DNA of 64,000 bases from a virus: IMG/VR virus record IMGVR_UViG_3300037882_002578, positions 71,903 to 135,902 of that record, one strand, 5' to 3'. Shown here in pieces: positions 20,203 to 31,529 of this stretch. The notes beneath the pieces were generated by a model. That model did not search any database and had not been told where the DNA came from. It saw only the letters and a program-made list of their open reading frames with translations. The translations under genes were made by a program, and so were the position numbers. Numbering within the stretch: the first letter of the stretch is position 1; each line of letters opens with the position of its first letter.

Positions 20203-23200
20203 TTCTTAATAATTTTAATTCTTTTTCCGAAATACATCTTCTACACCCATCAGAGTAAACTTCGTGCCCACATTCTTCGCACAAGTCAAACCACTCAAAG
20301 TATTCAACTTCTTCTCTAGGAATTTCATAAAGATAGTTCATGTCTAGAACGTAACAATCTTTAGTTTCTTGAAAATCAGGTTCTTCTAAAGGGTCATAAG
20401 AATCCCAACTCCCGTCTTTCATTTTAAATTTTATCCCTTTCATTTCAAATCATCTGTTAAATCATACCAACCAATAACATTTTCCATAGGGAAAGTTTCC
20501 CAATCTTGCCACTCTTTTTTAGAGGGAATATAAACTGCTTTATCGAAAAATATGTAATCCCCGACTTTGTGTTTTACTAGAAGAGCTTTAGTGCAAATTA
20601 TTTCTCTTTCATTGTAAAAAGTTAACTCACTTCTATCAGTGGGTTTTGTTGTTTTCCATTTTATCATCTTAATTTTATATCTATTAATTTAAACAATTCT
20701 TTTATATGCAGAGGTTCTAAATTTTGAGGGAAATCAAAAAACTTATCCCATTCATTATCCATAGCATTTTCTTGATGTAGGCGCAAGAAAAAATTAAAGC
20801 CATCAAATTCCAAGTAAAATATATCACTGTGGTTTTTAATTAAAAGAAGTTTACCTGTAAAGCCAAGGTTATTAAACCTTACAGACATATCTTTCCATTG
20901 TGATTGTGTATAATTCATAACTAATCTTTTACTTCAAAAGTTACAAAATCTACTCCAACATCTTCTAATGTGTGTTCATTTCTAATTTTCCACAAAAAGT
21001 GAGACTTAAAATTATCCTCTAAATTATCAAGAACAGTTTTAATATCTTCTTCTGATAAATGATAGTAATTACTAATATGATTTACTTTAACTTTAAAATT
21101 TAGAGTCATATCATACTCTCTATCTACTGTGTAATGCCTATTTGCCATTTTCTTCCATAAATTTTTTAAGTTCATCTAAACATCCCATTTCAATACAACT
21201 CTTCATCTCTAAAAGCCTTTTCTCTCTTCTTTCTATAGATTTTTTGATTCTTTCAGGAGATAGGTTGTTGTCTATGGTATATTCAATCATTTCTTCATCT
21301 AGCGTTTTTAGTATCTTCTTCATTCTAATCTTTTAAATATTTATATACTATACTTCTTAGTTTACCAGGACTAAGTTGAAATTCTTTGTGTTTATTTTTA
21401 GGAATTGCTATTAAATTATTCCAAATACCTTGTACTAATTCTTCTCTTTGTGTCATACTTTATTTAATCAGGTATTTGTAAGTATCTTACTATTTCATTT
21501 GTTATTTCCCAGTCACTGCTATCCCACCACTCTTCAAAACTTGAACCATCCATAAATCCTTCACAATAATGAGTTAAATATCTTTTACCATCTTTATCTT
21601 CGGCAATTACTTGGTCACTATTCTTACCATCCCAATGCCCTGTTTTATAGGTTAAAGGTTTCCTATCTTTTGTGTAAATCCATTCCATTATTGTTTTCTT
21701 TTAAATATTAATAAAACATATAAATATAAAAATACTCTCACTAATAATTTTGCGCCAAAAACAATTAAAAAAACAGCAATTGACTCTAAAAAATTAAACT
21801 TCCAAATTATTTCCATTGTTCCCACTTTTTTAAAGACTCTTGTAACTCTAAAGTGATAAAATGAATAAAAATGTTTATTTCTTTGGCTTCAAGGTTATCC
21901 ATTATTTCATTCATTTTAGGGTACAACAAATTACTTATATGTTCAATTATATTTTTATTTTCCATAACTATTTAATTTCATTTTTACTATCCAAAACTAA
22001 CCAATAATCTCCATTTCCAAAATCACTTTCAACTAAAATTAAAGTTAACTCTTCTCCTCTATAAACACCTTTTACATCAGAAGAGTAAACATCGTCTGTA
22101 TCTTCTAATATGTCTTCCTCAGTATCTGCCCAGTAAACAGTTTCTTCATTACAAAGTTGCCAAAAAGACTTAGCATGGGACGTATCAATTTGATAATTCT
22201 CTATATATCCTTCATAACCTACATGTTTTGCAATCTTATTGCAAACTTCATCAAACTCCAGTATTAATTTCATAATTTTTTAAATATTTTTGCAGGAATA
22301 ACAGCTATAATAGCATGGTCAGTATCTAAACGGTTATTTCTAAATACAAATCCCTCATCAGTTCTAGTACCATTACCAAATTGACCTTCATTTAATTCTC
22401 CATCTAACCACAAATATTTAACCGAATGGTCATAATAATTTTCTTTAGGTAGAGGCTCTAAATATTCTAAAATAGCTCCATGTTTTGAGATTAAAATATC
22501 TCCTTGTTCGCAATTTCTTAAATCTACTTTCATAATTTTCTAATATGCTGTTGTTGCTACTATTTCTATGTATTTAGCTGTTTTTAAATATTCCGCAAAA
22601 GATTCAGAAATTAAATAACCATCACAGAAGTCTTCTTCGGTTAAGTCTCCTTCATAGGTATCCCAATCAGGCTCTGATTCGTTTATATCTAAAATATAAC
22701 TATTTTCTAACTCTTTCTTAGTTAATTTTTTAATTATAGTCTCTTCAAAAGAGCTTAATCCTGTTTCACTAGAATAAAAATCTCTTGCACTTTTAATGTT
22801 AGGAGCACAAACCCAATCAGTTTCTCCTCCTTTTATGTTGTGTTCAAATTTATAAATGTTCATAATCCTAATTTATTAATTGCTGTTTGAGTTAAAGTTA
22901 AATCAAATCTAGTTAAGTCTTCAACAGTTTCTATAAAATAAGAGTGTTCGGAAATCATTTCAAACGTTCCTGTTAATTTGTCAAAAACCAACATTAAATC
23001 TTTATGTTTTAAGTAAATAAAATCATCTGCTTCACCATCAAATCTCCAACCTTCAAACAAAACTTTTTCTTTTGCTTCTTCAAATACATCTAAATAATTT
23101 TCACCTGCTATTTCACAACGACTTCCCTCGCAAGAATCTCCAATTGAGTTTGATTTCCAATCACCTATTGGGCAATATTTACATAATTCTTCATCAATGG

Positions 23201-23578
23201 GGTCTTTTAAAATATCACTATAGTCATCACAAGGCACAAACATTTCCAGTTTTGGAGATTTTTCTACTAATTTAGCATAGTTAGCCGTACTATAAATATA
23301 TCTTGCTGAGGCTTGTAAATCAGGGTTATTATCATTTTCCCAAACCCTGTAACGTTCTAGTAAAAATTTTGATGATGATATTAGTTTCATTTTAATAAGT
23401 TTTTAGTATTTTTAATAACTTCTTGCATTCCAGACTCTATATCTAAAGCTAACATTAAGTCTCTAATAATTTCTGTATAAACTTTTCTCTTGTCTAAGTT
23501 CATTTCTTTATTTCTTCTTTCCGAGTAATCAATAAACATCTCGGACAATAACAATCTATAATTCATAATTAAAACCAA
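20192..23578 (-). other. Block of short hypothetical phage ORFs
   Basis: More than 10 co-oriented ORFs of 60-180 aa with overlapping start/stop codons. Confidence 0.6.
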
Positions 23579-24033
23579 TTGTCATTAGTAACTTCTGCAG
23601 GTCTAACCCCTGTCTCTATAGTCACTAAATCATTAATATGCTTTAAAACACCTTTCTTAGCATAACTCTTTTTCCAAAACAAAATATCTCTCAACTTAGA
23701 AACATTATAAGTAAAATCTTCAAACTCTATTTTATCAAAAGAAGGTTCTGGGTTTACTCTTAAATCCATTTTTACGTAAAGACCTTCCTCATTGATAACC
23801 TTGCTTGTGCAAAAATCAAAATCATTACCTTCACTTGTCAAATCAAGTCTGTCAACTTCAAGATTTTTCACTTCATACTCGTCAATAGTTACATCTAAAT
23901 CAGATGAAATTAAATCTCTCTGTAAGTCAATACCTCTAAGCATTAAACCTAGACTGCCTCCTAAATGTGCAGTAGGATTTTGCAATTGAAAATCTCTAAA
24001 CACTTGTAATTTTAAATCAATTCCTTTTTTCAT
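23569..24033 (-). CDS. Putative nucleotidyltransferase-fold protein
   Basis: hGGS...DhD signature (HLGGSLGL...SDLDV). Confidence 0.55.
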   Translation of the reverse strand: MKKGIDLKLQVFRDFQLQNPTAHLGGSLGLMLRGIDLQRDLISSDLDVTIDEYEVKNLEVDRLDLTSEGNDFDFCTSKVINEEGLYVKMDLRVNPEPSFDKIEFEDFTYNVSKLRDILFWKKSYAKKGVLKHINDLVTIETGVRPAEVTNDNWF

Positions 24034-24590
24034 AATTTTAATTTATTTAATTGTATCTCCAACATTATACCTTTCGGAATCAAAAGTAAGAACATTTGTT
24101 TCAATTATAGTATCTCTATTTTTTAAAGCTATAAAGCAAGCATAAGGTTCTCCTGTTTTGGAAAACCAATCACTCTTTCTAGCTACAACAAAACCTTCAT
24201 ACTTTTCAATAGGCTCTACTTTGCTTCCTTCAAAGCATGAAGTTAAGGCAAGAGCTGTAATAATCACTAATTTTTTCATAATTTTTAATTTATTAAATCT
24301 AATACTATTTCTTCTTTTAACCTACCTGTACAAATAGCCAATGCTTCACTAATAGCAAAAGCATTAACACAATCTTCACTTAAAGTATCTGCATTTTTAA
24401 GATACTCTTTAGCATTGTTAATCATCATTTTGTAATATTCCATAATTTTTAAGTTTTATTTCTATTTTTCGCCGCATACGAGGCACGAGTGCTTAAACAA
24501 CTAAAACAGAAGATTATAAAGCAAAGATAAACATAAAAAACGGTTTAAACAACAAAAACCCTCACAAATTTTTGCAAGGGTTTAAAATAT

Positions 24591-25826
24591 CTAAAAAATA
24601 TGTGTAATTCTGGAGATTTGACCGTGTTCTTTTGAATGTAAAAAACCTTCGATAGCTTTTGGAGCATGTTGATACCCATTCCTTGAATGCCACCCATCTG
24701 CACTACTTGGACTCCTAAGACTTTCTACAGTTACCCCAATAAAGTCCTTAGCTGTTTTATGGTGTACATGGTGAGTGTAAATATATCTATGTTTTGTATC
24801 ACTCCAGTCTTTACTTTCTTGAGCCATGAGAAGAGGTAAATCCTGAGTTTTAGCTCCATCTCCATGAGAAGTTCCAATAAGGTTGTTGTAATACCTAAAA
24901 TATTTTCTATGTCTTATATCACAATCAAAAGAAATATTTTTACAATCCTTAAAATAAGTTTGAATCACATCTGCTAGGAAAAATCCATGAGTAAAATCAT
25001 GGTTACTAGGATTAAATACAAAATGAACATCTGAAACTTGCAGTAATCTTTTTAATATATCAATATATAACTCTTTAGCGATTAGGAAGTTCGTATGCCA
25101 CATCCCATCAGTATCCTGAGCAGTTCCTGATGTAGTAGTCCTTTTAGGATTGTCAATGTGAAGTATATCATTTCCACCTATAAAAAGAATTTTATCAATA
25201 GGAAAACCTTTTGTTTTTTCAATAATACCTTCTACACCCTCTTTAACTCTTTGAACAGCTATTTGATTATTATAATCTTCTCCTGTTTCAAAGCTCTTAG
25301 AGAGTTTGCCTATGTGACAATCTGCAGGGTCTACAATTAAAAGATAACTTTCTTCGCCTATAGGTCTTTGTCTAAATATACTTGTAGGTTTATTTGGTAA
25401 TTCGGATAAATCTTTAAGTAAATCCAAATAGAACTGTTCAAAACCCTCACCTTTTATAGGATTAGAAGCTATGTTATAATAAGCACCTTTAGATGTATGG
25501 GTAACAAGTTTATAAGTTCTAACCTCTTCAAAAGGAATTTTATAATGTTCGCAATACTCTTTAATTGACATTATAGTTCCATCTGGTTTTAGAGCTGATA
25601 ACTGACTGATACTGTTATTATATTGATTAGTTTCTGTCCCCGTCACATTGTCCAAATCGTTATCCACAGTCTCTACTTTACCGCTATTAACAAGTCTACT
25701 AAGTCTGTGCCTATACTTTTCTGAGTATTCAATACCCAACTCTGAGCAATGTACTTTACATGCTTCTGTAATGTTTTGCTCTTTTAGATAATGCTCTAGA
25801 GCTTTTTCAATTTTAAATTCTGTCAT
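24591..25826 (-). CDS. Calcineurin-like metallophosphoesterase/nuclease
   Basis: ADCHIG, GGNDILH, SNHD, HGD and HHVH motifs. Confidence 0.8.
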   Translation of the reverse strand: MTEFKIEKALEHYLKEQNITEACKVHCSELGIEYSEKYRHRLSRLVNSGKVETVDNDLDNVTGTETNQYNNSISQLSALKPDGTIMSIKEYCEHYKIPFEEVRTYKLVTHTSKGAYYNIASNPIKGEGFEQFYLDLLKDLSELPNKPTSIFRQRPIGEESYLLIVDPADCHIGKLSKSFETGEDYNNQIAVQRVKEGVEGIIEKTKGFPIDKILFIGGNDILHIDNPKRTTTSGTAQDTDGMWHTNFLIAKELYIDILKRLLQVSDVHFVFNPSNHDFTHGFFLADVIQTYFKDCKNISFDCDIRHRKYFRYYNNLIGTSHGDGAKTQDLPLLMAQESKDWSDTKHRYIYTHHVHHKTAKDFIGVTVESLRSPSSADGWHSRNGYQHAPKAIEGFLHSKEHGQISRITHIF

Positions 25827-25831
25827 TTACC

Positions 25832-27891
25832 TTACTTTAAGTTTTCTAATTGTTTTTTAAGTCTTTCAATATCATTTTTTAATCTTTCTTTTTCAGCTTT
25901 TTTCTCTTTTTCTTGTTTAGCTAGTTGTGTTTTAATTTCATTTTCTACCCAATCTTCCAAATCTTTTTCGCCGAAAGAAAGCAAAACAGAGGGAAAGTAA
26001 GAATAATCATCATTTGTATACGACTCGTATGGAATAGCATCATCGTTAAAAACTGTAATAATATAATCATCAATTTTAAAACTGTAGTACTCTAAGAAAC
26101 CTTCAAAAGACAAACTTACATAATTAGACCTATGACCTAAAAAATCAATGTAAATATTATCCTCTGCTAATTCATATCTTTTATCTGAAAGCGTATTACA
26201 AATTAAGCGTACTTTTTCTAAATCTAATGTTTTCATATTTTGTTATCTAAGTATAATGTTGGCGGGTCAAAAGAAATAACAGCAGAGTAAATATCTTTAA
26301 ACTCTTTATCTACTATAACTAATAACTCCTCTAAATGGTTAAAATCTTTCACTTCTATTTCTAAAACCTCAAAGGGAAGGTATTTGTCGCTTCCTGTAGG
26401 TACTACTTTAGCTCCTAACCTGTTAATTAAAAACTTGTCATTGTAATAGTCTGTAGCATTAAAATCTATTTGAAATTTCATAACTTTTTCAATTTAATAT
26501 TAATAAACTTACCCCAATATCTTTTTATAAAACTGAAATCTACTCTTTTTTCTAAAAACTCATACAATGCAGTAAATAACCAAGAAATAATAAAAAATAT
26601 GTTAAAAAAAGGAGTTAAGAAAACCCACCAGTAATCAAGTAAATCTTTAACAGTTTTCGCTTCCTCTTCAAAAAACACCACAAGAAAAAGTAAAAGAAAT
26701 AAAGGTAACAAATACCCTAAATAAAATATCATCATAATCCTAATTTTTTATACATTGAATCTCTTTCTTCCCAAGAACTTTCTAAAAACTTTTTAACTAT
26801 TTCATCTAACATACCTTGATGAACATAATCAAGACTATCTTGTAAATAATTAGAGTCATCTGTAACTGTATAACCACTTTCAATTAAGTAGTCAATCATT
26901 TCATCCTCTTCAATTTCACCTAAAAAGCTAAAATCTCTTCTGTGTTTTAATTCATAAACTAAATCATAATTAGAAGCATCTTCAACACTTTCACATTCAC
27001 AATCGTCAGGATGAATTAAATCTAAGTGGTACTCTACATAATCTTTAAGAGCTTCCGTATCGACTTCATCTAGAAATTCACTTACATTTATGACCATTTC
27101 TACAAGACCTTCTTCAAGCTCTTCTTCTCCGTCAAAAACTTGTTTACCAACCCATTTAATTTCTTTCATAACTTATTTTTTCTTTTTTCACATTCTCCCA
27201 TAAGAAAGTTCCATTTATCCCTATGTCTTTTAAATTCACCTGGTTTTAAACCTAAAGCTAAACTTATAGTAAAATGATACATTTCTAGTATTAAATCTTT
27301 ATCTCTCATAACTCCTCTATTTCTGATATAAAATCTCCTGGTTCTAATTTAACTCTCCCTCTAATCAAGTCAACAACCATATCTTTTGTAATTGTAAACA
27401 CATTTTCAATATCTCCTGCATCTTCAAATTGCTCGTCTGTCCAAGCATTATTGTCTAAATAATATTTAATTTTAAATTCTTTCATAATACATTTATTTTT
27501 AATTCTATTAAATCACCTGGTTTTGCCACTCTATATTTCTTTAATGTTTGCCAATTAAAAGTATAAGGGCAGTCATCCATAAGCTCATACACAATTTCAA
27601 CCATAATATTAAAACCGAATAATTTCTTCTTAATATACCAATTTCCTGTCAGTTCTGCTTTTTTCATAATATTTCAAATTTAATTTTATGCGAATAAAAG
27701 TCTCCATTACCGCCACTATGACACCCAATCAAAGCATCAATCTCAACATAAGTTCCATCATCTAAAGTAACTCTATCAAACAAATCAAAATCATTTAAAA
27801 AATAAGCCATAGACCAAACATTGTCCATAGATTCTATGGTGGTAAAATTATATTCAACTATTTCTTCATTTAATATTGCTTCTATGTCCAT
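25832..27891 (-). other. Block of short hypothetical ORFs including a membrane protein (26478-26735)
   Basis: Co-oriented packed ORFs from the ORF track. Confidence 0.55.
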
Positions 27892-28042
27892 AATTTATTT
27901 TATTTCCGTTATACAAATATACCTTTTCTTTTCTTCTTGTACAAGTAAATTTGAATATTTTTTTATTTCTATTCCGCATTTATCACAAAGCATTAAAAAT
28001 TTCTTTTTATCTGTTTTCCAAGTCTCCTTATAAAAATACTCT

Positions 28043-28963
28043 TTACTCTTCATCCTCTCTAACTTTTAATGGCGCAGTCATACCTTTGTTAATCATTTGT
28101 ACACAAGTAGTTTTATAAGTTTTAGTCTTAGATAGCAAGTAAGGTGTAGAATCAATAAGTTCAAATAGATACTCTTGCATATCGTCATAAGACATGTAAC
28201 CGTAAGCTATCCAGCCACCTCCAAGGAGTCCACATGACCTTACAGTTTGATGTCCTGCATCTGTGATATTAGCAAACATTCTTTTAAGGATAAGCTTTAT
28301 TTTTTCAACATCTTTCTCATCAACTTCTTCTAAAGGCTCTAGTTCTCCTGTAAACTCTTGAAATTCATCTAATTGAACACCCTCTTTAGTCCACTCTGTA
28401 GCGTCTAACCTGTAAAGTAACTCAGCATCATAGGTTAAGTAATTTGCTAAGACAGCGTTTTTCGGAGTAAAATCCATTCCTTTATAATACTGCCATTCAG
28501 ACATTAAACCGTAAAATAAAGATTTAAACTGATTTATAGATGAAACTTTTGGAATTTTTATTATAACCTTAACTCCTTTTTTAGAGGCGGATAAAAAACT
28601 AGCAATGACAAACGGATAATTATAAAACAAGTGTTCTTTTAACTCTTTTGCAAATTCATGTTCTAAGTTATCCATATCAGCAATCATAAGCCCTGAAAAC
28701 CCTGTAATATTCTCATAACTTCTACCAAGACCATCTAACTCAACACAAGGTAAAAAATAGTAAAGCTTACTTTTTAATTCGTCCTTTAACTTTTTATTTC
28801 CTTCTAAAGAAGCTTTTTCTATCCCTTTAAAAAGTTCCACAATATGAGGTTGAGGGTTTTTAATAGCTTTTAAGTAATCAAATAATTTAACTTTACCTAA
28901 AGGTTTTTTAGTTTCTATATTTGCGGGAAAATAATAAAACGGAATATCTAAATAATTACTCAT
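28043..28963 (-). CDS. BT4734/VirE N-terminal-like (primase-polymerase-type) protein
   Basis: LK.KL..F.P...FSGLMIADMD...SFLSASKKGVKVIIK pattern, typical of this Bacteroidota/phage domain. Confidence 0.65.
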   Translation of the reverse strand: MSNYLDIPFYYFPANIETKKPLGKVKLFDYLKAIKNPQPHIVELFKGIEKASLEGNKKLKDELKSKLYYFLPCVELDGLGRSYENITGFSGLMIADMDNLEHEFAKELKEHLFYNYPFVIASFLSASKKGVKVIIKIPKVSSINQFKSLFYGLMSEWQYYKGMDFTPKNAVLANYLTYDAELLYRLDATEWTKEGVQLDEFQEFTGELEPLEEVDEKDVEKIKLILKRMFANITDAGHQTVRSCGLLGGGWIAYGYMSYDDMQEYLFELIDSTPYLLSKTKTYKTTCVQMINKGMTAPLKVREDEE

Positions 28964-29611
28964 ACAAATCCTCCACTATAGAGTCAACAAACTTCTCATC
29001 CAAAATATTCTGTAAATCAATATTACTGTCTTGAGCACATATTGAAATTATCTCTATTTCTGGATGTTCCTCTGGGTCTAAATTTGTAGCGGACATATAG
29101 CTACCATGTTCCACATAACATACAGTTAATGAAACTCCATATAATTCTATATCTTTGTATTGCATTTGTTTTATCTTTTATAATAATATTCACACTCTTT
29201 TTTCTCTTTATCGTAAGGCACTTCCACAAAATAACTTTGCCACATATCATCTACAGGCGCAGTAAACCTGTAACAAGTTTCTTTTAGTGGACAGTTCTTA
29301 GGCTTACATTTAGTTATATCACTCATATTTCAAATATTAATCGTTTTCTAATTTTTGCTCCGTTTTCAGATTTCGCCGAATAAAAAATAAGAAGAAGTCT
29401 CTGACTCTTCAAATAGTCAAATCTAGGTTTAAAATAAATCTCTATAGTAAGCGCAAGTAATAATGTTAGTACTATCATGATTTTTTATAATTTAGTTTTA
29501 AAAATTCTCTTTTAAGGTTACTATTATTGTTTAATCTGTCTTGTAAATTCTCGATTTGCGAATCAAGAATAACATTATAAATCTCAATTAATTTTTTAGG
29601 TGTCGGCATAA

Positions 29612-29773
29612 TTATTTATTTTTAAATTTACAAAATGCCACAAAAATCGCCAAAACAAATAAAACAGAAATTCCATCGTCTATAGGTAAAGAATTCTTAC
29701 AGTTAGGATTATTAGGTCTAGTCTCACACCAACATGGAGTGAATGGAGGACAAGGTTGTGGAGGTCTATTCAT
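29612..29773 (-). CDS. 53-aa Pro/Cys-rich mini-protein with PID-CTERM-like tail (not in ORF track)
   Basis: Translates as MNRPPQPCPPFTPCWCETRPNNPNCKNSLPIDDGISVLFVLAIFVAFCKFKNK. Its start overlaps the DUF262 stop (ATGA). Confidence 0.6.
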   Translation of the reverse strand: MNRPPQPCPPFTPCWCETRPNNPNCKNSLPIDDGISVLFVLAIFVAFCKFKNK

Positions 29774-30303
29774 ATCTTATTGTTTAATTTTTCCATGTGT
29801 TCTTTATCTTGAGGTGTCCCTGCAAAATTTATAAATTTAAACCAATTCACTTTCTGTTCATCTGTAATTTTAACATCCCAAGGTTCATTTACAACATAGT
29901 ATCTGAAGTAAAATCTGTTTATTACTGTCTTATAATCTTCAGGTAAATCTGAAAAGCAGTATACTTTTCCTTCCAATATTATTGCAAAATTATCCTCTAA
30001 GAAGAATTTTATAGTAGAAAGTCTTTGACGACCATCGATAATTTGAAATATCTCTTTTTTATTATCTTTTGGGTCAATTACATTTATTACGGCACAATGA
30101 GGAATATGCCTCCCAATAAGTATAGACATAATAAGTTCTCTTTTTTGTTCTAAAGTCCAGACAAAACCTCTCTGTAAATTAATACCTTTATTAGGTAAGT
30201 ATACATCCCAATCGATGTTATTTTCAAAAAAATATTTAACAGAAGAACTAACTTCTTGAGGATATAAATCTAAAGCATATTTTAAATCTCTTGCTGGTCT
30301 CAT
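29770..30303 (-). CDS. Stand-alone DUF262 (GmrS-like) domain protein
   Basis: LQRGFVWT...SIL.G..IP...IIDGRQRL motifs. Confidence 0.8.
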   Translation of the reverse strand: MRPARDLKYALDLYPQEVSSSVKYFFENNIDWDVYLPNKGINLQRGFVWTLEQKRELIMSILIGRHIPHCAVINVIDPKDNKKEIFQIIDGRQRLSTIKFFLEDNFAIILEGKVYCFSDLPEDYKTVINRFYFRYYVVNEPWDVKITDEQKVNWFKFINFAGTPQDKEHMEKLNNKI

Positions 30304-30322
30304 ATATTCTTGTTTTATTCTA

Positions 30323-30354
30323 CAAATATAGACATAATATTTAATTCCCGCAAA
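30323..30354 (-). promoter_or_regulatory. Bacteroidota-type promoter
   Basis: Minus-strand TTTG-N20-TATATTTG. The flanks are nearly identical to the promoter at 35352-35383. Confidence 0.75.
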
Positions 30355-30401
30355 TAAACTTCGTAAAAAACTAAAAAATAATTAAAATAAAAAAGAGCCT
30401 A

Positions 30402-31364
30402 TTAACTAGACTCTAAATAAGTAATGATTTCTTGAATTGGTAATTCAGTTGTGAAACATTCGTACTTACCATTAAAATGTATATTAGGTATGTATTTTAT
30501 ATCCTTGTATAATTTCTTCAATCTTTCCTCTATTTTTACTATTCTATAACCATCAGATATTATTTCTAAACTTATCTCATACCTATATGGTAACGTATTT
30601 TTCTTTTTAAATCTATTTTTAACTGTTGTAAAAGTTTTACCTATTTTATAAAACTCTTCTTCATCATTCCAACATCTAATTATATAAACTTTAAAAGAAT
30701 CAAAATTTTCAGATTCTAATCCTGCACTCACCCAATTTGAATAGCTCCACCCTGTTGGATTTTCAGACATGTTAATACTGTTTTTATCATCAGAACACTT
30801 CTTACATCCTACGCCACTACTATGCTGATATTTATAAATTTTAAAATCCCCATGTTTTCTACAAGTAACTGTTATTTTTTCTTTTGGTTTTACATAAAGT
30901 GTATTACTATAATCATAATAATCTCCGTGTAATTTCTTAAACTCGTTTATACAAAAAGATGTTTTATCTACAACATTGTATATACTAGGTAGTCTACCTT
31001 TTAGCATATTATCAGGCATCATTTCAAATAGTAGATTATCTTGCTCTATAAGAATAGTTTTACTTGAGTTTTTATACTCAGATAATATCCTGTATGGAAT
31101 ATCATAGTTATATATTTTATTTAATTCATTAATAAAAGTTGTATTACTTTTTGATAACTTAGTTGATGTTGAAACTCTACCACATTTTACACACCCATAT
31201 TTATAATGTTCTACAGCTCTAATATTAAAGTCTCCATGTATAGGACAAGATACTACAATAAAATCTTTTGATTTTAAGTATTGTGTTTTTTCATAATTAT
31301 ATTTAAAATTATGAATAGTAGAAACTTTTTCTATGTATTCGTTTTGATTAATCCTCTTATTCAT
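30402..31364 (-). CDS. Putative homing endonuclease-like protein (CxxHG zinc-ribbon repeats plus GIY-YIG-like C-terminus)
   Basis: CPIHGDF / CRKHGDF + CxxC repeats and C-terminal VYIIRC...FYKIGKT. Confidence 0.6.
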   Translation of the reverse strand: MNKRINQNEYIEKVSTIHNFKYNYEKTQYLKSKDFIVVSCPIHGDFNIRAVEHYKYGCVKCGRVSTSTKLSKSNTTFINELNKIYNYDIPYRILSEYKNSSKTILIEQDNLLFEMMPDNMLKGRLPSIYNVVDKTSFCINEFKKLHGDYYDYSNTLYVKPKEKITVTCRKHGDFKIYKYQHSSGVGCKKCSDDKNSINMSENPTGWSYSNWVSAGLESENFDSFKVYIIRCWNDEEEFYKIGKTFTTVKNRFKKKNTLPYRYEISLEIISDGYRIVKIEERLKKLYKDIKYIPNIHFNGKYECFTTELPIQEIITYLESS

Positions 31365-31387
31365 ACCTATTTTGGCTTATAAATGCA

Positions 31388-31474
31388 GAAAAGTCTGAAC
31401 AAAGGTGATACGAGCACACATTGAACAGACTTTTCCAAAAATCTTAATATTTTAATTGTAAATCAGACTCGTAT
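31388..31474 (-). promoter_or_regulatory. Putative pseudoknot-forming 5' leader (second copy of the architecture at 14938)
   Basis: 10-bp stem GAAAAGTCTG/CAGACTTTTC, a TT/TT internal loop, and loop CTCGTAT complementary to upstream ATACGAG. Linker contains TTACAATTAAAATATTA. Confidence 0.55.
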
Positions 31475-31529
31475 TTCTAAATCACTCTATAAATATAAAA
31501 CTTTAATTTTAAATATTCAAATTAATTAA

